From contig OZ199838.1 of assembly GCA_964304625.1 (NCBI GenBank), forward strand, positions 2,169,329 through 2,233,328: 64,000 bases of DNA, in the 5' to 3' direction. The translations under genes and the position numbers were made by a program. Below are positions 53,528 to 64,000 of this stretch, piece after piece (the stretch's first letter is position 1; each line of letters begins with the position of its first letter). The notes beneath the pieces were generated by a model. It ran no database searches, was not told the DNA's origin, and saw nothing but the letters and a program-made list of their open reading frames with translations. The DNA comes from Kudoa neothunni (taxonomy: Eukaryota; Animalia; Cnidaria).

Positions 53528-55131
53528 ATCCTACCCAATAATTTGGTTGTTTCATCTTTACTAAATTTCTCTGGAATGAATGCTTATATCGTGATCTCTA
53601 ATTTGTTAGGCGACAACTATACAAAGGCAAGATGTCGCCGAACGCTCACAAAAAATCATATTTTGGTAACATAATTAAATATTAATGAGAGGAATTTTTT
53701 GTTAAATTCATCATGGTTCCAATTATATACTTTAGATACTGACTCGACAAAGAATGTTTCACAGTATCTCTCATAATTTTCTAATATTGACTTAATTTTT
53801 TCCATTTTGAGTTTGTATTTTGAATTTTTGCTTGCGTTTGGATTACACATGAAAAGTTTATATCCTGCTCTACCAAACTCGGAGTTTCTTTTAATTTTTC
53901 AATAAAAGTATTTAATCCAGAGTGGTATTGATCGAACCTGGAGCTGAAATGTAGATAAAACAATTATGCAGCATTCGTAGTTAAGTACACGTTGAATCTC
54001 ACTCTGGCAAACGCATTCCATGATGACGCTGGATATTTTTTTGGATTTTAAAAATTTTTTCTCAAAACACTTGATAAATTCATCGATTTTATTTTCTTTA
54101 AATTTTGACGACTTTTTTTTCAATTTTTCGAACTCTTCTTCAATATGGCCTAGGGGTACGAATGCAAGAGAGAAGGAGCATTTGAGAAATCATCTGAGAT
54201 TTTGATCATCATAATAAGCTTTAGCCAATCCCAGCTTTTTAATTTTTCTCCAGAGACATTGCCCAAAGTGAAATAGACAAAAGAAAATAATTTCTAGTTT
54301 TGATGTTTTTTTAAGAGCATTATACTGGGCGAGTTCAAGGTCCATTATTACATTTTCCGGTAACTCCAACTCTAATTCTTCCTTCAAAATTTTAAGCAAA
54401 TTTTCGTAGTCTTCCTGATTTTTTCGCGTCATGAAAACATAAATCAACGGAAATGTTTTTCCAAATATCTTTCCATGTATAATATGTAGCTGCTGAAATT
54501 CCTTGGGAACTACTTTGAAAGTCCCATCTACAATTCAAACAGAAGAATTTTTCAAATGGCATATGTTGGTATTCGTTGTAAAGACAATTATTCTTGATTT
54601 TGGATCTGAATATTTTTGTACACTGTACTTTTTGAAATAATTGGAATATTATTTATATTTGCTGTTGTTGAAGCAATAGAAAAAAACCTTGTTGGTTGGA
54701 TACTGAGTTGTTTCCGCCAATAATTTAATTTTGTTCATAAATTTAAATTGTTTAATTTCCTCCTCTGAAACAATATCGTTGCGGTAGCATTTGATTTCAA
54801 TGCTTGTGATTTGGTCTAAAGGGTATGTAAAAGTCTACCCTTACATTTTCTGGTCTCGCATCTCCAATACTGTCGAGAATTATCAATCCTATCTTTAACA
54901 TAGAAGTAGCCTCTGTACATCATTTAATCTTTATTACGTTGGGTTTTAAACATAGTATATTTTAAATTTAAACAATCACCTTCACTCATTGTAAAACTTC
55001 ACATACGCGCATTCGCACTCTCGTTCGACGAGTACGCGCCGTGCCTATCCTATCCAATCATTTGGTTGTTTCACCTTCACTAAATTTCTTCTGATTAAAT
55101 ACTTAGATTATCGTTGCCTCTAATTTGGTTA
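53528..55131. repeat. Pair of ~80-bp direct repeats (53528-53608 and 55047-55131) flanking the MULE
   Basis: atcctacccaataatttggttgtttcatctttactaaatttct... vs atcctatccaatcatttggttgtttcaccttcactaaatttct..., roughly 80% identical by eye. Confidence 0.8.
53609..55046 (-). mobile_element. Decayed MULE (Mutator) transposon with FLYWCH-like N-terminus
   Basis: YRGYFYVKDR...QYWRCETRKCKGR; VDGTFKVVPKEFQQLHIIHG...FPLIYVFMTRKNQEDY...MDLELAQYNAL...CLFHFGQCLWRKI. Frameshifted. Confidence 0.88.
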
Positions 55132-57670
55132 ATGTAATAAGTAACCTATATTTATGTTGCTTACAACATAAAACCTCTGGCGCAACTTATTAGGTTGACG
55201 AGTTATCGTTGGATAGATCACCCCTGTTACCGCTGTAGGCACCGCAGGACGAGTAACATCAACTCACTTACCTCTTATCTCTGTGCGGGAGTGTGGAAGT
55301 TTATTCCACTGAACATCCTCGTTTCCGGGGAAACCACCATCCCAAACCCTGTTTATACTATGAGGACTTTGACTCTACAGAGATTTCAAACCTGTTAGTA
55401 CAGCCCCGGCGATTCAAACGTCTGATTCAACCTTCTCTGCTAGTTCGAACTATAACTGCAGGTGAAATTAAACTTATAGTACAGTCGTACTCTAACAAAA
55501 GCTCCCATTACGAGATAGACACACAATCGTACCGAAACATTAGCCCGGTAAATAAGAAACATTGGCCGAATAACTAGCGGGGATCGAATTCTGTATCTAT
55601 AAATATTTGGTCTAGTCACCACACCACTGGGATATATGTCCCTTGTTAAGTAGTAATCAAGTTTTCTATCGGTATTCACCATGCATCATTCTTTCTTCTT
55701 CTCTAACAATTTCGCGTAGTTTTTAATAAGGAATTATTGTTAGCGATATCGATATCGATATCAATAAGTTCCCCAAGCGCACAAATTTCAATACTTATGT
55801 AACTGATATTTTTACGAACCCCCATAGGTAAAATAAATTTTCCTTAATCAACCTGAAAAAAAGACACACTAATTATTATAAATATAATTAAAATATAGAA
55901 TTTTATAATTTTTTTATTTAGTAAATGTTAATGTATTTAAATCATGCTAGTTTCTTGTATAGATTTTTTATAGCCAAAGGTCCTATTTTGGCTGAAAAGT
56001 GTAATATTTTTTAGATTACACCAAAAAAAATCATAAAAAAATTATAAATTTAATCCAAATAAATATTTAGTTATATTTTTAAACCAAACACTTTATTATA
56101 GGACAATATATGATATATTGTAATTAATTTAAACCTAAGTATTTGATAAGAAATTATGTTTAATAAATAAAAGGGGAAAATTGTTAAAATGTATTCGTGT
56201 ATTGGCAACTATCATTTGTATATGGATGTCTATTATTGTATCATGAGATTTAATTGCATCCTGCTAGCTACTTTGAAAGAATTAAATCTGTTTTATTGCT
56301 TTTATAGTCAGTTGTAAGAAGATACTTGATTCTTATTAATAAGATTTGCGTAACACAGATCAGGAAAGTGGAAAAGAAATATAATTAATGTGTGAAATGA
56401 TCGCCTAAGACACATCTGGGTTGATATCGACAAAAATATCATCTGCAACAGTATAAATAATACCTTTATATTGAATTTATCCTTAAAATTCGCAAAAATC
56501 TACGCTTAGCTCATCTATATCTACCTCTAATTACAAATTCAATTAGATTCCGTATTAATTAATAATATATTACGTATGGAGTGAATCACTTTAATATAAT
56601 TAAGTATAATCTTTCATCCTCGAGAATAATAAAATATGTTTTTTCAGTTATACATCGATGCCTCAACAAAATTTACGATAATCTATAATAAGACAAACTA
56701 ATATTCAAAATTTTTAATTCAATAATGCATTATTAATATTGTATTATATAATTTTTTGAAAAATTGTACATCGAATATCCAAGAAAAATATGCATTTCTA
56801 AGCTATAAATATTTTTCAAATATCTCCTTAAAAAATTTGGATGTAATTTTAGTTCTATTGATTTATTATTTAATAATAAAATTTTCATAGAAGTTAACAA
56901 ATTTTTTTAATTATATATCTACTGTATCTTTAATATAATTACTATATAACGTTTCCACCTGAAATGCTCGCAGTGTTTTATTTATTTGTTCTCAAAAAAA
57001 TGATCCCATTTCAATAATGGTGTTAGTGTGTGAACAAAATGCAGATCTCCTCGGCGCCAGCTTGGAATTGTGATGTGTCATACAAATATTCTTATATATA
57101 AATGTTTAATGAGAGATTGCGTAAATAATCATGTCCCTTTACACTGATCAAATTTTTCAATGATTCCTAATCCATTTAAATACAACTAATATCATTATAA
57201 ACTCTTTTATTAAAATTTGATGTGAAAGTTTTAAAGGGAAAGGCGAAATGTCCCGTGCTGGATTAGAAAACATCGTGGGCATCGTTCTTTGACTCAGAAG
57301 CAGTGCAATAATTTGAAATCCCTAGCCTCAGTTTATAGAAATTAACTAGCATTTATAATAAGATATAACCAGCTAATATGGCACAAACGCTGCTTTTACT
57401 AGAATAACTACTACTCATTAAGTTGAAGGTTTGCTTATTTTATTTACCCAATCAGTTGCAACTAAAACATAAATGGTATAGCGACTGAGTTATTCGTAAC
57501 TCTCTAGGGAAGTCATTTAAATTCTAATGGTTTATAAACGACAATTAGCGATTTTTAGAAATACCAATAGATCGAAATTTTAATCTGCTATCGGCAATTA
57601 GATAAATAGGCCCTGGATAGAACATATTGCCCATAACTAAAATTTTTTTATCTTATTTTGTGAGTTGGTA

Positions 57671-60600
57671 ATGTCATCACCCACATCTCCCAGCGGTGGT
57701 TCACCATTCAGTTTTCCAGTGAAAAGCCAACACGAATTTTACGTGATATTGTGTACGTTGGCAATGTGTTTCGCTGGTTTGTTGGGGATAGTGAGCATAT
57801 TTTTGTTTTTGAGGAGGAAATTTCCAGGTCTCTATTGGAGAACCTCACTCAAAACGATGTGTCACTCGTACAACGTAACAGCGCTGAATGAAAGTCAGAT
57901 GAGACGCCTTGATGATGAGCGAGGTGAAGTCGATCCAACTACTGAACAACAGCAACCACCGCCATTACCATCTGTGGATGAGAATATCACTACTCCTGCA
58001 CCTGGATTGTTGAATGACTTTGAAAGCCGCAATCATTTCGAACAACATTCCGATGAATATGAGTCGTTGTTCACTACCACAGCATTGATGGACAAAAAGT
58101 CGGCAAGAAATTCACTACGCATACTGGTAACAACTTTGTTAGCCAGCAACAGATGGATATATCATTATTTGGGGTTTGACACGTTGGTTTTGATCTCAAC
58201 GATGAGATTATTACTGTTGTTGAGTTCGATATGTTCATTTTTTAATTTGGTGTGTGTCATACCCACCAACATCATATCGAATACCACAATTCCAATCAAC
58301 ACCACAAACATAATCTCAAGAATCGGTATAAGCAACATACCTCGAGGTTCCAGTCTATTGTGGGTGCATTTGGTGTTGTTATACTCCTACACTATACTGA
58401 TGTATCTGTTGATATATTATTATTGGAAAATGTTGATCTACTGGAAACAACGATATTTCATCGACAACAGTGCATTACATCGAAGTTTTATAATTCAGAA
58501 TCTGCCTGCCGACATGATAAACGAACATGAGATTTCTAATTTTCTTCAAAAATACATCAATCTCAATGATAAAAATACTATATTATATGTGTTTAAAAAT
58601 TCATTCCATCTCATGAAACACATGAAAGAGTGTGACAAACTGTTGTTTAAATTAGCTGAATATCGAGAGATACTTCTACAACAATATATGCGTGTGAGCA
58701 AAACCAAAATTCATGATCAAAACCAACTACTAGATGTTAGTTGTCTTGATCCTGCTCAAATAAAAGAATATCTTTCGTTCATTGATGGCTATCATGAGTA
58801 TGTTGATTGTATTCATCATATTCGAGCTGAAGTTGATCAACTTGAAAATGTACCTTTTGCTTTTGTTTCATTTTCCGATATTGAAACCGCTCATACACTT
58901 GCTATTTCCGATATCAACACAGACATCAACACTCAAAACTGTATTGTTGCACCCGAACCACATGGTATTCAATACAGAAATTTTATTCATTCTAATTACA
59001 CCCGGCTCACCCTTAAAATAATTGTTTGGATATCAACTTTGGTGTTTGTGATGTTTTGGACAATACCTTTCGGTCTGATTTCCAAACTTTCCAACTCCAT
59101 CAATTACCCTCAATTTAATGAATACAAACAAAGTGGATCAACTGATTTTTCCACATCCTAACAAACTTTTAGTTCCCCCTGATCTGGGCATATTTCTTCA
59201 GAGTGTGATCCGATCTATCATCCCTATGATGTTGTTGATGATATTCTATTTGGTGTTGCCATTTGTATGTTGCTTCACTGAGATAGAATTGTTTTATTTC
59301 CCGGATGTGTTTATTGTGTGTAACATTTGCCTTTTTAGATAATGCATTTTTTATCTATCGCCGAAGGACATATCTCCAAAATGCTCATCGATATCAGTGT
59401 ATTCACCAAATTCTCCATATTCCACGTAGGGATTTTATTCGAATGGAAAAAATTATTTTTCACATATCAACTTCCAACCTTAGATCATCAATACCTATTT
59501 CGTTTTTCTTATTTCGGAAACTCTTCTCACCGAAATTCAAACCATCCTCACCCAACCTTTCTCGTTAAGCGAACGACTTGTTCAGGGTCTCCCTAACCAG
59601 GCCAATTTCTTCACTATTTATATTGTATTTTTCACACACATTGTCAACCCCTTTGAATTGCTACAGTTTGTACCTCTAATCAAACATTTGTACATGCGGA
59701 GGTAATTTAGTGCAATCTTACAACAATTGTAACCTTCAACTTGTGCACCTTATTAGAAAACACAGCAAATTTCAAATTGACGTTTCTCTCAAACCTCTGC
59801 AACCCAACTATCCTCATATGGTAGTTTTTTATTGCATTTTTCATTATTTAGTGTTAATTTTTAAATATTAATAAAAAATAAGCAGAGGCTGTTTTCGCGG
59901 GGTTTTTAATCCTAAAAGTGCGCACGCGGTGTTCTATAGCTCGGCTATTTTCGCGCGCGATTCAAACTAAAACGTGACGCGTGCGCATAATAAAAAAGGG
60001 CGTGTGTTGAATTAATTCGGCGCGCGCATTATTATTACTATTAATTATTATTATTATTAATTATTATTAATGATTATGGGTGGTTATTTTCGGGATAAAG
60101 TTTAATCATAATATACGGTCCGACAAGGCTCGTACGCAGTGAATCAGGGAATGGAGTTTCATTACGTAGAATCGCTGCATTCCATTATTATTATTACGAA
60201 TCATGTATGCGCGTGCGCGCTGATATTTTTCGGAAATCTCTATTCTATGTTAATCATTACTGTATGAACACTTAAATGGATTAAAATGAATTTTGACATT
60301 ATTTTGTCTGTGTTTACATTGGCTGGATAATTTTCCACTGAATTAAATTGCACGAAGCGATATTCTATTCGTGATCTAAAAAGCTCTTGAATGGGTTATT
60401 CAATGAACGAAAGAGTAATTATGGAATTGCGAAAATACAAACAAATGACAACAACTATTCTTATGCAATAAAAATATTTTTTTATTGTTTCTCAAGTGTT
60501 CGACTCTATCTCAATACAAATTCATGTTATCCGATTTATAAATATTTTAAAAAATCAAATTTTTGTTGAACCGTTTATCATATTGTGAACCTCCTTTCTG

Positions 60601-63600
60601 ACACCAAAAATTCCTTTAATTTGGGTTGAATTTGTTTGCTTTAATAACTTAAATGAATCTACTTAATATTCGAGAGCTTGATTAGATAAAATGGGTGGAT
60701 TCAAAGTTTCCGAGTAATCTTCATCAGATGGGGTTTTGTCATCTGTTTGATTATTTTTCTAAGCATATGTTTAAACTTTCTCAGCCGACCACTCTTCAAG
60801 AACATTATGAAGTTTCTCATTCCATTCTGGAACTGTTTCAACAGGAACGCTTCCAGCCTCAACATGAAACGTAACATATTTTAATTTAACTTAGTCTTTG
60901 AATCTTTTAAACCTTCCACAGTTAAAATGATCGCTATTATTATTATTGCTTTCCTTTTGAGCGAATCTTCTCGACATTGCAATGGTATTATCGGTGTTGA
61001 TAGCATCATCATTCACTCTTGTTTAAAATATCCATTTATAAACTTTGTTATCAACATCACGATTGAGGCCTTATTTAAAGGTTGTCGAGAATTGTTCAAA
61101 AGTCCTAAACTTCCTGATTTTAGAATTACATCTCTTATTAGGATTCCAGCCAACGTTGGCATTCTTTTCAGGCCATACTCATCCATAGTCATTTTTTAAA
61201 TTTCTTAACTCGTGTACTGAATCATAATATTGAATTATTTTATATTTCTCAGACACGCTCTTGTAATCCCGCAATTACTTATGAAGCATACAAAGTGTAC
61301 TTTCAGGTACAATTTACATTGCGTAGAACAGCTGCATTACGTACGAGTCATTTTTTTAAATTTTTTTTATTGATTTTGATTTATTTAATAATTAAAAGCA
61401 TCTTCTTTATTATAGGTAAAAATTAGCAAATTCAAATATAGCTTAGTGTTAAAAAAGTGGCAATTACGTACGAGCCCTGTTGCATTGTACAATAATGGAT
61501 CGGTCGTACGTAAGCCTCTCGGGGGTGTGGAAATGATACGTGCTGCCGGTCCCGGTCTAGTAGAACGTGTTTTCGCGCATGCGCACAAAAATATATCAAA
61601 TCACAAAACTAGCTATAAACTTAAGTATTAATGAAAAACAGCTATTTTTTTGCTTGAACTTACGATTTAAATTGAGTAAACATCTGAAATAGAATCCGAT
61701 ATTAACTCCCGCTTCTTTGAGTCATGATGCTTAAAATAGTTGCGAAACTCTTCTAAATAAAATAAGGTCATCTTTGAATGGTTCATCTTTTTCTCAATAA
61801 AATCATCTTCCGTTTCTGAATTATTAGGGTGGGACTAGCATTACACCATTGTTATTATTATGAATTAGGGATGACAATATTATATATCTGTATATCTACA
61901 ACATGTGTCTAAGTTGATCATTAGTTTTTTAACTAGCTGTCGCGTAAACGTGACTACAAAAATATGCGAATTGTTTAACTGTGATAGAACAAAGAGAAAA
62001 CGCTAAATTTAATCATGCGGTAAAGGCAACAAGATAAGCACGACCAGGCCACATGTGACTTTTTATTTTTTCGTTTATTCGTAGTAATTATACTTATAAA
62101 TTGTTTAATTTGAGTAATTTTAACATTAAATAATTTTCAAAATAATTTATATATGAGATAATCTTTTATTATGTAAAATAAATAATGTACGTACGACCGG
62201 CCCATTACTGTATATATGTGTGTGCGTTATATAAATTTTTAATTCCAATCTTTTCACATGGTGAATTTAATTCTTATTGACACGCACATAAATTTTAAAT
62301 GTGGTGGCTATTTGTGTAATAAATTTTAATCCTAACTGATATGTGTCCACCCCTTTGATAAGTTTTTAATCACAGCAACTGTTACTCAAAAACTGTAGAC
62401 AGATTTAAACTTTTAGATTCGGTTATATTTAATTATTTCTGACCAGGAATACTTAAATATAATAAATAGTAATGATTATTGAATATTATTAATCGTGCCA
62501 AAAGCCACTTTCTTGATTAATACAAAATAATAATTGACTGTATTTCAATTAGACTATTGCCAACTTTGGTTGTTAAGCGGCAGTCGTTTAATATCAGATG
62601 TTTAGATATTTAATTTTTCGTGAATTTTAATTTGTATTTTCTAATTATAGAATTAAGTGATTCATTTTTATCTTAATTTTTAACTGCTAACGCCTAAAAA
62701 TTTAATCTTAAATTAAGTGCACGTTTGCCTAGCCCCCCCCCCTTTTTAATCATCCAATGTTACATTCATACTTTATAAGGAAATGTGGAAAGGTTCGCGT
62801 GTAATATATTTCTGTTGTGAATTATTTCTGACTCGTTACTTTGCTCATACGAAGTAGAAATAATTTACCGTTCGAATAACCACATACCAAGGGAATAATT
62901 GTGTATGAGCCAATAGATATTACCTGTATATAATAAATGACTTATAATAAATGACTTATAATAAATAAAAGTAATTTAGCTATGTATCATAAAAATTTGA
63001 CTTTTTTGTTAATTCTTTTTTCCGCAACAAAATGGGTATTTTAAGCCTCAGCATAATTATTTAAAAAACATTAATTTATTGACCACCATTCTTTATTTTG
63101 AATTTATGATTAAATTATTAATAGTTTTCTGTTAATATTACTCCTACAGATAACTTTGCTCGTTGTTATGTATTACGGTTAGGAGATTTGAATGATTAAG
63201 TCAGTTTGAATGAGTTACGCAATAACAAAGTTGTAATATCAATAATAAAACTTTCATTTGTGGCATATATTTGAATCAATAAGCTTTTAAATAAATAAAA
63301 GCTTATATTCAAAAAGGAGGTATTATATTACATTTAATGAAGAAGACCCAACTTAAAATCTAATTACACATTGTGGGGGATTTTATTTAATTGATTAATT
63401 TAAACGTATTGTCCCAGTTTTATTCGTTAAATATTACATTAACAATTTTAATATAATTAATTAAAAAAAGTAATTGTTCTTGAGAACAATGTAAATAGGT
63501 GATATTTATTTTTACTTTTTAATTATCAACATCTATCATCTATAAATAATATGTAAATAAACAGGAGTTGTCGTGATTAATGTTTGCTGATCCCATTTAA

Positions 63601-64000
63601 CATTACATAATTTGTTAAGAATTGCCATAACGAATTATTAAATTGATAAATGACGATAATCTAATTAATTTCTGCTAATATTTGTATTAACAATATTTTT
63701 CATTTTATTAAATATTAAGTAAATTTATATCGATTATTGCTGAATTAGCTGTTTAACAATCATTGAACAAGTTTTTTTGTATAGTACTCAAGACTCTTGT
63801 ATATTTTTGGAATTGGATTAAGCCAATCGTTGATCTCGCCTTTCCTGACTATTGTGTGGAATATTTACTTTTTTTCCGCATACATCACATACACGTTCCT
63901 GGAGTTATTCATCAACCGTCGAACCTACTCTTACAAAGGTCTATTTTGGATTAGTACCCTAAATTGGATGACCGTCTATCTGGTGATCTTCCAATTGATG
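57671..64000 (+). CDS. TMEM63/OSCA (CSC1-like) mechanosensitive channel; 3' end lies beyond the window
   Basis: ORF 57665..59161 contains GFDTLV, ISNIPRGSSLLWVHL, FAFVSF, APEPHGIQYRN and FWTIP. Later exons give LPNQANFF.IY and PFELLQ. After a 3964-nt intron (59821-63784): YSRLLYIFGIGL...SPF...Y.YKGLFW...FQLM. Confidence 0.88.
60116..61487 (-). mobile_element. Internally deleted Tigger/pogo element in the TMEM63 intron
   Basis: TIRs (ta)cggtccgacaaggctcgtacgcag / ttacgtacgagccctgttgcattg(ta), 19/26. Minus-strand remnant DVDNKVYKW...GRFKRFKD*VKLKYVTFHVEAGSV (CENP-B HTH) followed directly by an acidic C-terminus; the DDE core is missing. Confidence 0.75.
61490..62210. mobile_element. Tigger-class MITE abutting the preceding element
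   Basis: TIRs (ta)caataatggatcggtcgtacgtaa / gtacgtacgaccggcccattactg(ta), 22/26. It shares the TA at 61488-89 with the neighbouring element. Confidence 0.8.
62929..62966. repeat. 14-bp tandem repeat (tataataaatgact) x ~2.7
   Basis: Direct reading of the sequence. Confidence 0.8.

Noticed and set aside
55180-55700. Relatively GC-rich patch with several short ORFs, possibly a retroelement fragment
   Set aside because: No gag, RT or integrase motif could be identified.
1-64000. CRISPR arrays, tRNA/rRNA genes, prokaryotic operons
   Set aside because: No repeat-spacer array, cloverleaf or rRNA signature was seen; the sequence is spliceosomal-intron-rich eukaryotic DNA.

Overview
AT-rich eukaryotic (metazoan) genomic DNA, most consistent with a fast-evolving parasite such as a myxozoan. 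This is inferred from the highly divergent animal genes and ~40-65 nt introns. Splicing by hand gives eight protein-coding genes: MRPL22-like, a SORL1/sortilin-like VPS10-propeller-EGF-LDLa receptor, UBAP1-like, an apparently helicase-only UPF1-like gene, FDX2, CSTF2, a claudin/PMP22-like tetraspan, and a TMEM63/OSCA channel truncated by the window end. Intergenic DNA and a few 1.5-4 kb introns are filled with decayed DNA transposons (pogo/Tigger, hAT/Buster, piggyBac, MULE) and their MITEs, several with recoverable TIRs and TSDs. I cannot establish a new biological system from sequence alone. The best leads are: an NRF1-like palindrome exactly 9 nt before the ATG of two housekeeping genes; a UPF1-like helicase apparently lacking CH and SQ domains and with altered motifs; a strongly bimodal intron architecture with GC-AG introns; a hybrid SORL1/sortilin receptor; and single-base frameshifts in otherwise intact genes, which may be assembly errors.
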